From Utricularia gibba (Eukaryota > Plantae > Magnoliophyta), in contig NEEC01000004.1 in assembly GCA_002189035.1 (NCBI GenBank), positions 1,426,001 to 1,490,000 on the forward strand: 64,000 nucleotides of DNA, read 5' to 3'. Shown piece after piece: positions 27,759 through 41,331 of this stretch. The position numbers were made by a program, and so were the translations under genes. Under the pieces are notes generated by a model. That model searched no databases and was not told the DNA's origin. It saw nothing but the letters and a program-made list of their open reading frames with translations. The stretch's first letter is position 1. Every line of letters begins with the position of its first letter.

Positions 27759-29199
27759 GCAATGAAGCTTGTCTCCTCAGCCATTGTAAGAAATATGTTC
27801 TTGTAGTTTGTGACAAGTGTTGCACTGCAACCTTGTACCATTTGAACCAATCTGGAAACACCCTTCACAGATCCATCTATTTTCACCTTATTCCAACAAC
27901 GGATTCACACTTCTGAAATGCAAATCTAAAAACACTTGCATTCTCATAGCTTCAATTGATCTAAATTCTATTCCTTATCAAGTAACACTAAAGAAGAAGC
28001 AGAAGAAGAAACGCCATTGCACTTAGCTACTAGAATTCATTTTGCAGAAACGGCATGCAGGAGAGGCAACAATGGCTCCATACAGTGTAGATAGGATGAG
28101 ATGTTTGGAGTGAACCCCAGAGCAGGCAGAGACATATCGCCCGGTCTTATTTATTCCTCTGGTCCTCGTGTACTGAGATGTCGGGTACCATGCTTATCTT
28201 TGTAGCCGTTTTGTTCTCCCTCCCCATCTTTCCTCTTCTTCTTAACTACAGCGGAACGGGAAGCCTTCGTGTTGAAAACCATCAATTCTCCCCACCCTCT
28301 CTTCCTTTTCTTTTCTGATGCGAAGAAGAGTTAAATTGTATTAAAGAACTTATGGCAGCGTTTTAAAAATAATATTTAAATCATTTTAAAATAGACAAAA
28401 TATGAATTACTAGACGATTCAATTATAATTTAATATTTTCATAATAAAATTAAAAATAATAATTTAATATCGATCTTTAGTTTTTTAGGTTTAATCACAT
28501 AGATGTATAAAAAATTTAAAAAAAAATCTAAAATTTTAAATATTATATTTATATAATTATATTTTAAATATTTTATATTTCATAATAAATATAATTTAAA
28601 ATTAATGAATTAATGTGGACAAGGTTGTAATTCAATAGTTTAAAAATATACAGTATCATTTGGAAAATTGATCATTCATATATTATCTCATATATTACGT
28701 TGAAAAACTTATATTATGGATAACTACTTTTATTATATAATATTTGATACGTGACCAGATTTCTAATTGATTTAACCATATGATCATGATAAAATGACGT
28801 AAAATATTGGATTTTTGATAAGATCATATTCAATCAAAATGGTTGATTAAATCGAAAAATGAATTGAACCCGTTTTAAAAATATTGATCTTACCGCATTT
28901 CGTGTTGGTAAATGATGGATGGTTTTTAGGTAGAATTGGATGAAATGCGCTCGAAATTGATTCGGGTTTTTAAATGTGTATGTGAAATTGGGGGAAAAAA
29001 GCAACACTTTGTCTATTGAAATTCCAACCCTAGAAATGAACTTATGAGGCCAGCCTTGTGATAGGGTGATGATGCATTCAACACCTCTTCTTATGACATA
29101 AATATCATTTCATAAAAATGGTGGATAAAGCGACGAGAATTTGGTCGTGGTAATAACTTGCCATTTCGTGTGCCAACTTCTTCTCTTCTCCATCAACCT

Positions 29200-30663
29200 A
29201 TGGAGAATCGCAGCAGCAAGCCTCTCTCCCCCGTCGCCCTCCCCATGGACTACGATTCCGATGCACCGGGGGCGAAGCCGACCCGGTTTACACCTCCGGC
29301 GGGGGGAAACTCCCGGGCTCGCCGTGGATTCCTTCGCAGCAGTCCACACCTTCCCCGCCTCTCCTCTACCACTGCATCTCGGCACTCAGCCGGCAGGAGG
29401 GGAGGATCTTCTCCGTCACCGCGGGTAACGGGCTGGTCTTTACCGGCTCCGAGAGCAGCCGGGTTCGGGTCTGGCGCCAACGTGACTGCGCGGAGTGGGG
29501 CTGCTTTCGTGCCAGGTGTGGCGATGTTAGAGCCATTCTGGCTTTTGGAAACACCATCTTCACGTCGCATAAGGACCTTAAGGTTCGGATGTGGAAGGTC
29601 TCATCTCCGTCGGAGGATTTTCATTCCAAGAAGGCTGCAGTCCTGCCTAAAACACAACCCCTTTTTGGTATTCTTCGATTTTGTATCCTATTGTTCCTAG
29701 ATGTAAGAATGTTAGGATGGTTAACTTTCAAAATATGTTTTTTTAAAAGAAATTAATTTAATTGTATTAATGTAAATAAATATTCAGCATATTTAGCAAC
29801 AGGGATTTTTAAGACGAGGAGCAGCTTCAAGCACAAGGACTTCATTTCTTGCATGGCGTTCAACCATGTGGAAGGTCTGCTATACACCGGTTCATGGGAC
29901 AGAGCCATCGGGGTTTGGAGGGTTTCCGATAGCACCTGCGTCGACTCCTTCATTGCGCACGAAGATCAGATCAACTCCATCGTCGTCACCCAGAACGACT
30001 GCACCCTCTTCACCTGCTCCTCCGATTGCACCATCAAGATATGGCGGCGCGTGTTCGGAATGAACTCCCACACTCTCACCATGACTCTAAGAACCCACTA
30101 CTCTCCGGTGAACGCCTTGGCCCTCAGCGGCTCGTCCCCCGCCGGCAGCTTTCTCTACTCGGGATCCTCCGACGGGGTAATCCCCAAGTATCCAAACATG
30201 CTACTTTCCAACACTTTCTCGTGAGCATTTTTGTTCATGTTTACGCACAGGTCATCGGGTTCTGGGAGAAGGAGAGGAACTCGGGAAGATTCAAGCACGG
30301 CGGATTCCTACAAGGCCACAGATTCTCAGTCCTCTGCCTGGTCGCCGTCGACAGGCTGGTGCTGAGTGGCTCAGAGGATACAACCATCAGGGCGTGGCGA
30401 AGAGAAGAAGGTAGCTCCTTCCATGAATGTCTGGCGGTTATAGAGGCTCACCGGGGACCGGTGAAGTCTCTCGCGGTTGCAGTGGAGGTAGCAGGTTTCT
30501 TAGTGTTCAGCGTTGGACTGGATCAAGCGTTCAGGGCGTGGCGGATTAAGTTGACGCCGGAGGGACGGCCGTGCGATGCCAACAGCAATCCCGTGCTATC
30601 CCCAACTGGGTGGAGAAAAAACTTCGACGTGACTTTTTTATGCCTCCGTGCAACGGAATCTGA
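29200..30663 (+). CDS. JINGUBANG-like WD40-repeat protein (two apparent 1-bp deletions)
   Basis: TPSPPLLYHCI, VFTGSESSRVRVW, LLYTGSWDRAIGVW, FLYSGSSDG, GGFLQGHRFSVLCL, SGSEDTTIRAW. The WD frame has no ATG unless G6 at 29301-29306 gains one base; adding one C at 30600-30603 restores SPNWVEKKL and a stop at 30661-30663. Confidence 0.85.
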
Positions 30664-32447
30664 TACCAAACGCCATTTTTCTGGTTTCGGTGGCCATGTG
30701 TTTCCGTATTTTTTTAGTTCACATTTTTTATAATGCAAATTAATTGAATTTAATCTTTTTTATTAGTTTGTGTTATGAAGTCGAATATACCTAGACTTTT
30801 ACTTTAAATATAGATAATAATAACAAACATGAAAATCAAATAAAATAAATTTTAACCTAATATTTTAAATTTCACCAAAATCAAGTTTATTGTAAACGAG
30901 TTTATTGTATTTTAGCTTTGTGTTTGTGTGTCTCTCATGTCTTATGGCTAAATAGATAGTTATGTAAGGAGGACTAAACATAACTTTTACACTATGTTTT
31001 GCTATGAGATATGTGAATATTTTTTTTGTGTTCTATCTTAATTTTGTATGATATTTTGAAATAAATGAAAGTCAATTATTCACTAGCAATATACCTAATT
31101 TACTTATGAATTAGAGTTTTAAACTTCAAGTTTATAAGATATATTTTGTAATTTGAAGTTGTGCTTCATATTATATAAAATAGAATCAATCGTAGTATTA
31201 TGTAAATAGAATCAATTTGATATTGTAATTTTTTTATAAAATTTAATAAAATAAAATACATATTTTAAATTTTAATATATTAAATTATTATATAAATATA
31301 TTTTAAGAATAGATAAAAAAATACATAATATAATTTTTTAATTAATCTATTATTTAATCACCAAAAATTTAATAAATTCAATAATGTACTAAGTTAATTA
31401 AAAAATCTGAATTTCTAATTTTACTACAAAACAATTGAAAATTAGAATTTTTAAAAATTAAATAAAATTAATTTGGAAAATTATTGAAACAGAGCAGAAC
31501 TATAGTAAAGCTTTCATAATTTAATAGGATACTACAGCTCTATATTCGTTCTGTAGGGACATGACATTAAGGCTTGTGTTCGTGAAGGTAGGAATTTGTA
31601 TCATTTTAATTATGATTTTAATGACAAAGAATTATCTAAATTAACATCCCGTGCCGGTCACGTGCATGCTTGGTATTTGTTGCACATGGAGTATGCACCA
31701 AGCCCACAGGATCTCAAGCTTTTGAGTTCTAGTAGTGTGCGTATCATATCTTTGTCAACTGGTTGGTACGAAGGCTAAGGGCTCTACTAAATGATGATTA
31801 ATAAGCCTAATAATTATTAGTGATAATTGAATCTCTTTTAAATTAATTCCAAAAAATAATCCTGCCCTCTCAACGGAACACCTACGAGATCTCACTGCAA
31901 ATGGCAGGCAGGATCTGACACTGCAATTCAAGTTTTCTCGATCGCCGTGGATTCAGGACTAGGGAACCCAGATGCCCGCAATCGCGGCCGACAGATGCTA
32001 TAAATTCCATGTTTCTCTGACGTTTCGGTTCTGGAGTGAATCAGGTAACTCTTTTGGAGAGTAACAATTTTTTACGCTTGCTTGATTGGTTTCCGTGATG
32101 CTTCCTTTGTACCTTTGGGGCGATGTGGCTAGTTCATTAGGATCCGATTTTGTGAAATCTATTTCAGTTTTGTGGGTTTTTTAAGTTTCTCGGTGGGTAT
32201 GAATGTTCTTTCTTTCTGGATTTTCTGATATCTGGTTGTTTTGTGTGTGGATATTCGATTGGATCGTACGATCAAATTTGAGTAGCATGAATAGGAATTA
32301 TCTGATGCTGTTTTAAGAGTCGAATGTTTAAGATTGAGTGTGTAAGTTGTGATCATTTACTTTTTTGGCCGTTTGCGGTTCGTCTGAGTTGTTTCATAGT
32401 TAGCTCTAAGCTCTTGGTGTTTCTGAATTTCTTTCTTAGGCATTATC

Positions 32448-34654
32448 ATGGGCAGAAATGTTGGCCATGTAGATACGCGAAGATTGCTGTTATTGATCGG
32501 AGCCGTTTTTGGATTCTTTATGTTTTTTCAGTATTTTGAGCTTTCATACAGTAGATTCCTGTCATTATTAACGCCTAGCAAGTCCGAGGTAAAATCAGTA
32601 TTAGGCTTTCAGAATGGGAATTCATCAAGTGTTGTGATGGCAAAAGATTTGAATTACAGTGGGTGCCCCAACGCCCCTGATGATGGCACATTATGCAGCT
32701 TTCCTCAAGAAAACTCCATTAATGTGGATGATGTGCCCACAAGAAATCCCTCTGTTTCCAAAGACGATTCATTCGATGAAGATGATGGTGATGGTGAAGA
32801 CACCCGTGATGTGGACAGTGGTCTGGATGATGGGATGCATTCACAGGATGAATCTTCCTCAGACTCCTTGGAAGTGGCTCAGAACTCTTCTTTTGAAAAT
32901 TTATTGAAAAATAATAGTTCCGAAGATCATGAGAATGATACAACAATTAGTTCCTCAAACAACCATACCCTTAGCAGCAGCATGCAAGCACCTGATGAAG
33001 ATATTGGAAAATTTTCCAATTCAGATGGTCCTCTAGCTGCAGAAACCTCAGGGAATGTTGGCAATCCCTCTGAAAATTCATCTATGGCAAAAGATATTGA
33101 AGACAGCCTTGAAGATGAAGATTCTCATATGATTTTGAAGAACATTGCTCCTGCTCTGGTGAACGCGCCTTTACTAAAGGATCCAAAACGTAAGGTTTTA
33201 TCAATATCTGAGATGAAAGATATGCTTCTACAGAGTCGAACTTCTCTTCCTGCTGTGGTACTTTCTGACTGTCTTAGACTTCATATATTGTTCTTTAAAC
33301 TTAGCACTCTTTCTTATATGCTTGTTTTATTCTATTTGAAGAAGCCAAGATGGTCTTCCTCTGCAGATCAAGATCTATCACGAGTTAAGTTGCAAATAGT
33401 GAATGCCCCAATCATAAAAAATGATGCGCAGCTTGATGTTAGTGTGTATAGGAGTTTCTCCGAATTTAAAAGGTAAACAAACTCAATGCACTTGTTTTGT
33501 ATGCCTTTCTTGCGATATCTATATCAGTTGTTAGTTCGAGAAATCAGCTCAATGTTTTGTTCTGCAGGAGCTATGAATTGATGGAACAGACACTCAAGGT
33601 ATATGTCTACCGTGAAGGAGAGCAGCCGATATTCCATCGACCTCCTCTTAAAGGAATATATGCATCCGAAGGATGGTTCATGAAGCTGCTTAAGACAAGC
33701 AAAAGATTTGTGACTAAAAACCCAAGTAAAGCTCATTTATTCTATCTGCCTTTCAGTTCTCGGAATTTGGTGACCATGGAATACATACCAGATTCCCACA
33801 GTCATGACAACTTGATCCAGCGTTTAGGTACCTTCACTGAGCTAATTAAGCAGAAGTATCAATTCTGGAACAGAACTGCTGGAGCTGATCATTTTCTTGT
33901 TGCTTGCCATGATTGGGTACATTAATATTACTTAAGCTCATTCTTTACTGTAAATCTAAGTCAACTCAAAATCTTGTTGCTTCAACAGGCACCCGTAGAA
34001 ACGAGGGATGTAATGGCAAATTGTATTCGCTCTCTATGCAATGCTGATGTTACGGAGGGATTCCAATTTGGCAAAGATGCATCACTTCCTGAAACATATA
34101 TTCAAGCCCCACAGAACCCTCTTAGGCAACTAGGAGGCAAACCTCCTTCCCAGAGACAAATACTGGCCTTCTTTGCTGGAAACATGCACGGTTATCTTCG
34201 TCCTATTTTACTAAAGCACTGGCAGAACAAAGATCCAGACATGAAAATCTTCGGCCGGATCAGTAAAGGGAGGGGTAAGATGTCTTATGCTCAGTACATG
34301 AAGAGCAGCAAGTACTGCATATGTGCTAAAGGGTATGAAGTCAACAGCCCTCGTGTGGTTGAAGCCATCTTCTTCGAATGTGTCCCCGTGATAATATCCG
34401 ACAACTTTGTGCCTCCGTTCTTCGAAACATTGAACTGGGAATCATTTGCAGTTTTCGTCCCCGAGAAGGAGGTACCAAATCTGAAGGATATACTTTTATC
34501 AATTTCAGAGACAAGGTATCTTGAGATGCATGAGAGAGTTAAGCATGTGCAGCAGCATTTTCTTTGGCATTCTAGACCAGTCAAGTATGATGCATTTCAC
34601 ATGATTCTTCACTCTGTGTGGTACAACAGAGTCTTCCAAACAACCCCTTTGTAG
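32448..34654 (+). CDS. Exostosin-family GT47 glycosyltransferase (4 exons)
   Basis: N-terminal TM and long Ser/Asp-rich stem; SYELMEQTLKVYVY, KGIYASEGWFM, GADHFLVACHDW, FFAGNMHGYLRP, KGYEVNSPRVVEAI, ILHSVWYNRVFQ. Confidence 0.93.
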
Positions 34655-35920
34655 CTGTGTACAGAACAACCGAATTGGGACCTCACAGATTACACTAGAC
34701 TTGAATGGAAACTGGTTCTTTCAGATATACAGAGCGCCAATTGCTTGTAGCTTTGGTACTCTAAACAGCAAATGCATTGTTTTACAGCAGGAACTCCCCA
34801 AAGTCCCATGGTCCATGCAATGTCAGCGTGTAATCAATCCCTTCTTTTTTCACGCACGAATGCACAGTATTTTTGTACAAGACCGTGCTTCAAACTTCAA
34901 CCTGCTGCTATTCTGCCAGTTTTTCAAAAGAAGAAAGGGTCCCCATGGAGTAACTTATGGAGAATATGACTTGGCCTACAGCTTCACATAATCTAGAAAC
35001 CAAAGCATGGCTTTTGCTCTCTCTCTCTGATCCAAGTGGTTGCGAGTCTGACAGCCACGAAGCAAAAACAAGCAACGTGTTGAGAGTCAGATCAGATCAG
35101 AAGATGTTGAAGTAGTATTTAAAGTAGTGACACACGCAGCTACCCACCACAAGCAAGAGAATAGCCTCCACATTAATGGCGCACACTGAAACCAGGGAAG
35201 CCACCCACTCACGGGACTCTGATAGAAGGAAGCACATCCTGATGGGTCCAGAAAGACATTACTGCTTTAGACAAACCAGGCTATGAGTTCTGCTAACGAA
35301 CCATATGCAAAAGCAATCTGGGTCGCAATGCTGTTGAAGATTAATCAGACCCTCGTGGGTTCTGTACTATTCTAGTATCTTCTGTGGGATTAGAGAGGCG
35401 TATCGCTTCCCACAACAGCAAGGTCCCTGCTGTGAATCCAGAAAACGCAGAAGCTGCAACCTCACAGGCTTGGAGTGTCTTCTAAGAGCGGACTGCCCAT
35501 GCTCTGTGTTTACTAAATACTTTTGTAATGAAAATTGGTGTTGGAAGAGATGGGGTTGCGCATTTACTCGGGGAAGATGGGGTTCGATGGATGCGCAGTG
35601 CAGGGGCCACATGGAGTTAGCTGGAAATGGAATGCCATGCCATGGTTACTGTTGTTTTTCCCCACCTGACGTCTCCAAGGGCAAGTAAAACTGCAATAGA
35701 AACAGAAATGGAGGAGAAGAACACCAACAAATCATTACAGGACCACGGTCAAACCTCATTAGTCTTACGTAAATATTGAATGCTCACTAAGACAATCTTA
35801 GGTGAAATTGAAAAGCACTCTGACATCATTCTTCCTCGTGGTAGTTTGCTATTTGTAACCCCATTTCCCTCGTTTTCCTTCTGCCCCAAATCTCCTTTTC
35901 TCTCCCACGCAGCATCTGTT

Positions 35921-36475
35921 ATGTCTTCTCTGGATCACACTTCTTCGCCTGCTTCTCTCCCGGGGAAGAGGCGCCGTAAGAGCAGCTGCGGGGGCGCGGC
36001 CACGAAGCACCCGGTGTACCGTGGAGTCAGGATGCGGAACTGGGGGAAATGGGTATCGGAGATACGGGAGCCGCGAAAGAAGTCGCGCATATGGCTAGGG
36101 ACATTCCCCACACCGGAAATGGCGGCGCGCGCGCACGACGTTGCGGCGCTGAGCGTGAAGGGTGCGTCCTCCGCCGCGCTAAACTTCCCCCAGCTCGCAG
36201 AAGTGCTCCCCCGCCCAGCCTCCCTGAACCCACGCGACATCCAGGCGGCTGCCGCGGAGGCGGCGAGATTAGACTTCCCGGTGGCCTCGACGGATTCCAC
36301 GGATTCCTCTTCTTGTCCGTGCTCGTCCCCGGAGCTGGGGGACATCGTGGAGCTCCCACGGTTGGACACATGTCTGAAACTGGTTTCCTACGATTGGACG
36401 GGGGTCGACATGGAGCCTCCGCCGCCCCTCCCGTGGAGCGACGCCGCCGAGGAACTGATGACGTGGAATTACTGA
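35921..36475 (+). CDS. AP2/ERF transcription factor, DREB A-4 (TINY-like), intronless
   Basis: [52 protein letters not shown] and [20 protein letters not shown]. An in-frame upstream ATG exists at 35780. Confidence 0.93.
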   Translation: MSSLDHTSSPASLPGKRRRKSSCGGAATKHPVYRGVRMRNWGKWVSEIREPRKKSRIWLGTFPTPEMAARAHDVAALSVKGASSAALNFPQLAEVLPRPASLNPRDIQAAAAEAARLDFPVASTDSTDSSSCPCSSPELGDIVELPRLDTCLKLVSYDWTGVDMEPPPPLPWSDAAEELMTWNY

Positions 36476-38601
36476 ATGGTGGTAAATAAGCACTGTGTTT
36501 TTGCTAATGCATGGCCTTTGTGCTGCTTTTGTCTTCTCCTAATATCTAATCAATCCCTTACATGTTGCCCACCCCATTTTACACAAATAAAGAACATTTA
36601 ATATAATGTAAAAATAATTTCGTGTTAGGGTGGGGCCCAACCATGGATTGTCATATTATTGAATTCACTCCAATAATTTTTATAAAAACAACTCAAAATT
36701 TCAGTCAATGATATTAATAAATATAATTAAAAATTAATGAATTAAATTCAATTTCATTATAAAAATAATTCAATAAATAAATAATAAAAAAAGATATTAT
36801 TAAAATAGTGGTTTGTGTTGTGGTCCCCTGGCCAGACCAACAAAGAGCTGGCTGCGTGGGGGATGGATGGATGGGTAATAGCAATAATTAATGCCATGCC
36901 ATGCCATGCCATAGACCATCGAATGACGAACATGGTGATGCTTTCCCGAAAGGGATGTTAATGTTGACGGTTATTGAATCATCCAGACAAATGATAATTA
37001 GTAGTACACACTCCACATTCATCATCCTTGTCTCCTTCTAACCAATAATATGTTTCATTTTATTCTTTTTAAAATTATTTTGAGGAGTGATTCTAAAAAA
37101 AAAATAAAAATTCATTTTTTCAACTTGTTAAAAATAAAAAGTGACTTTGAATTTCTACTCTCTTTAAAATGGAATTCGGTTATATTTAATGATGAAATTT
37201 TGTATTCTTGGGATATTTATTTTTTTCAAGTCATTCTATTTAATTTTATTCATTTTAATAAAATTATAAATTTAGATTATATAATTAATTTTAAAATTGT
37301 TGAATTTTTTCATTTTTTATGATTAAATAATAAATAAATTAAAGAATATATTATTCAATTTCAAAAAGATTTTTTTTTATTTTTATATTAATTTTTATAT
37401 CATATCATAAAATAATTTATAATATTAAAATTAACTATATTTTATATAATTTGAATCAAACATTCAAAACACAAAAAGTTGTCTCTCTAACACGGGCCCG
37501 GTTCTACATATTTTAATGCATTTATTTTTGGATCACAAATTTTTTCTATTTATTATTCATCTTAGATTTGTTTATATAAAAAACTCGTAATGATAATATA
37601 TAATAATTATAATATTATTTTATTAAATACTACTGAAGAAGAATCCGCGTGTTGACGATCGTCGCTCGTGCGAGTGTTATGAACACGTGGTTACCATCCA
37701 ACGGGGGATGTGAGCTTCCACGTGTCACCGAGACATTGGCGCACCAAATACCGCATCCAGCACGCTCTGGATGGCATGCACTGTTTATATTGAAATACAG
37801 CTATTTTTGTAATTTCCATAGAATAAAAATAATAATAACAAAAAAACAAACGCGAAAGCCATCAGCCTATCACGTCATAACACCTTTCTTTTATCTTGAT
37901 TATTTTATGAGCAAGATATGGATGATGTCACGTTCAATAATGTTGTTGCATGTCGGGTACATTTTCAACGTGCCCACACGCGCCACTATAAAACTGAAAC
38001 ATGACATTATTGCTTATATTTTAATAGACAATGACAGCTGTCAATTTGGAATTTTTGTTCATTTTTTTAATTCTTCTTTCCCAATGTTTAAAAAGGTACT
38101 ATTCTGTAAATATATATTTAAGTTTTAAAGAATATAATATTTAATTATTATATAATAAAATTAGAAATTCAAATTATTAATTTCATAAATTATTAAACTT
38201 TATAAATCTTTATTTAGTGATTAAATAAAAAAGTTAATTAAAAATATATGACTCATTTTTTATCCAATTTTAAAATATATTTATATTATAATACTGAATT
38301 ATATATTAATTTACCATATAAATTATTATATTAAATTTTATAATATTATTTTAGATTATACTATAAAACAATTATATAATATTAAATTAATTTTATTTAT
38401 ATAAACTTAAAACTGTTTTTATTCTACATAATATGAATTACAGATTCAAAATACAAAACATTTCACAATAAACATTTAAAGATTTTATGTGTTTTCAAAT
38501 GTAAATATTATGATTGGAAAATTATTTATTTACTCATACAAATAGTTAATTAATAGCTAATTGTATGATTAATTTACAGGAAAAATAATTAAAGTTAGAT
38601 A

Positions 38602-39357
38602 TGGTAATTTGAAAAACACTATATTTCTCGGATTCAAGATTTGGGATTCAGAATTCTGAGGATGCGAGACTCCGAATCCGCAAAATTTAGAAGAATCATA
38701 AGAAAGATTTATATTTGTGTTTTTTAGGATTCATTTAGATAAGTTTTACATTCCTTATGTTTTTAAAAGAATTTTATATCTTTCATACCAATTTGATCTT
38801 TTTGGATAGAAAATGTATTTTGTGATTTTTCAGGACAATTTTGGAATAATTTGGAGGATTTTCGAACTATTTTGATAGAGTCAAAGATTTGATGTATCCA
38901 AATGAAGCCTTAGTCAAAGATTCTCGAATAAGATAAGATTCATATCTTATCTTGGAAAATTTAATCTTATACTAGAAGATCTGTATCAAATCTTAGAAGA
39001 TTCTAATGAAAGATTTGATATGAGTCCATCAAGAAAACCCAACAAATCCTTACTATTATATAAAGACTAGAGCCCAAAGATCGAAAAAGTTAGTTAGGGG
39101 GGACGATCAGAGAGTCAATTTAGGGTTTAGAGTCGAGTCTAACATGTTTTGGATGTCTTCCTTTTCGTTTTTCATCAATTTTTGTTGTTTAGAGTCGAGT
39201 ATGCACATGTGAGCGCTTGCGGCTGAGGATCTGCTGTGAAGCCTTGCTTGCGCAAGTCCTACGCGTGTGACTATCTTACTATGTTTTTCAGGATTTAATT
39301 TGATGTTTTATTCTGTTTTTCGCAACGTTTTCTTTACCAATGTGATCTTTAATACCA
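38602..39357. mobile_element. Possible solo LTR or LTR fragment
   Basis: TGGTA...TACCA inverted ends; internal TATTATATAAAG, AAGATAAGAT/ATCTTATCTT and TAGGGTTT motifs resemble an LTR U3/R/U5 layout. No matching 4-5 bp TSD. Confidence 0.35.
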
Positions 39358-39882
39358 TATAACCCTAAGGACGCGTTTGGTTGCTGGGTTTGGCCTACAC
39401 CCAGGTTTAGTTATTTGGGTTTAGGAAACCCGGTTTTGTGGGTTTCGGTTTAGGAATCGTGTTTGGTTGATGGGTTTACATTATTTGGGTTTAAATGAAC
39501 CCACGTTTGGTTGGTGGGTGGTTAATACATAATTTTCATGAGAATTTACCAATATAGCATTTTACACTCGTCTACCGTTTTCCACACCGACTTTACCAAT
39601 CAGACATATCCCTCTTTATTACCATAAGTTTTCCCAATGCGTTCACCGACTTTCACACTCGGTTGTCGCGGTGCTGCCGGTCGACGAGATCTCTCGATTT
39701 CACAAGTAATTGAGAGTGAACAACCATGGGTTATGTCCAGTTTGTATACTCCCTTCGTTGCGCAGAATTTGTCGTTCGAAATCCGTTGAATTTTGAGTGA
39801 ATTTTACGGTTTACTTGTGGTAAGTGCTCGGCGTAGTTGCTTTTTTCTTGTTGTTTTCTTTCCTCCAGCATAGATTGCAAGT

Positions 39883-40917
39883 ATGCACAGCCCAATCGTG
39901 GTGGAAGACTCTCACAAGAGAACGAAACGCGCCTGGAAGCCAGATGAAGAGAAAGACTTGTTGCACGCTTTGAAACAGATAGTGAATGAAGGCTGGAAAA
40001 TTGAGAATGGTTTTAGGGGTGGGTATCACTGAGCGTTAGAGACAGAGTTCTTGAAACTCCACCCTAGAATTGACATTCGCGCACACCCGCATATATCTAG
40101 CAAGGTGCATACCTGGAAAAAAGACTATTACCTCCTTGTAGATTTTTTATCTAGGTTGGGCACCGGTTTCAGTGAGCTGACCTACACCGTAGACGTAGAC
40201 GATGAGGTTTGGAAGGAGATTGATCAGGTACGTATGCCTTGTTGTCGCTGTGTTATATTCGGTGCTGACCGTGTTATTATGTCAGCATGCACCCAGACTG
40301 CGCGTCCTAAGACACAAAGCGTGGCCGTATTACATGGAGTGGCAGGAAATCTTTGAAATGGATCGGGCTAGAAGAGAAAAAACAATGAGCTATGTTCACG
40401 CGACTAGGAAGAGGAAATTCATGGAAGATGTTGGGGAGAATCTGGAAGTATCTTCGGATTGCCCTCTGGACACGATATGAACTTCTCGTATGCTGACACA
40501 CCTTGTGACCCAATTGGTTGCGCTGCGGAGGGTGTGAACGTCATGCCTAGTAGGGACTCCGAGTCACACAACAACACCGACTCGTCGCGGCGGACTGGAC
40601 GAAGTGGCAGGGGACCGAGGGGAATCGACGATGATGTGTAGTTCATCAAAGAAATGAAGGAGCTTAACGTGCGCACATGCGAAGAGCTACGTCACTTGGG
40701 ATTAACAGTGATGTAGCAAGCGCGGGAGTTGGTGGATAATCAGCGTCAGGCAGGGGAGATCATTAGAGGTATGTCGGTGCAATTAACTGCCATCGAACGT
40801 TTTACCATGGCAGAGACAATTAGTTCCAACCCTACGAGGTTGCGCTACTTCCTTGCCTCCAGTGACTGTGAAAGAGAGCTTATTGTGCGTGATTTAGCAT
40901 CAGAACGTAGATCTTAA
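39883..40917 (+). pseudogene. PIF ORF1, Myb/SANT-like DNA-binding protein, disrupted
   Basis: KRAWKPDEEKDLLHAL..WKIENGFRGGY, HISSKVHTWKKDY, HKAWPYYMEWQEIFEMDRA and a typical C-terminal helix LRYFLASSDCERELIVR. In-frame TGA at 40030-40032 plus later stops and shifts. Confidence 0.85.
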
Positions 40918-41331
40918 ATCTGTCGTGTGGTGCTCCGCCTTATGTTAGACTCATGGACTAGATGTATTTCATCTTCTATTCATCCTTTAAACTGGCATGA
41001 GCACTGCAAAAGGTAGACAGTATTCTGACTTCGTATGTGGAAGAACCGCGTAAGAACAAGCGCGGTGTTTTGTTCTTGATCACTTTTCCGCAAACATTGT
41101 ACTGCAACTACCGCCACATTCATAGCGGTGCTATCGAGAAGTGATGGACTAGCACCGCGTTGGTGCTGCATATTACGAAGCACCACGTCTAGACACAAGG
41201 TTTCAAATCCAGAGACGGCACCGGATGTTTAACATTCGGTGCCATTACGATAAGTGGTCGATAAAAAACTAACAAGGTCAGCATAGGATAGTTCACGGAA
41301 GATTCATGCAATTTCAAAGGTGCACCGTCGA

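Noticed and set aside
29301-29306. Programmed ribosomal frameshifting as the explanation for broken frames
   Set aside because: No shared slippery heptamer or downstream structure; the same -1 G/C-run pattern in unrelated genes is better explained by assembly error.
31649-31680. Helitron 3' hairpin remnant (CCCGTGC...CACGTG); a similar motif lies near 37490
   Set aside because: The hairpin is degenerate, there is no CTRR terminus at the expected distance, and no 5' TC end was identified.
21634-34654. Possible cell-wall gene cluster (PELPK-like, GT43, GT47)
   Set aside because: The genes are unrelated, separated by other genes and long AT-rich spacers; there is no evidence of co-regulation or of a single pathway.
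35935-36489. Overlapping and antisense ORFs (114-146 aa) over the ERF gene, with similar cases over the TZF, ELF3 exon 4 and WD40 exon 1
   Set aside because: Expected from GC-rich coding DNA lacking stops in alternative frames; no recognisable domains.
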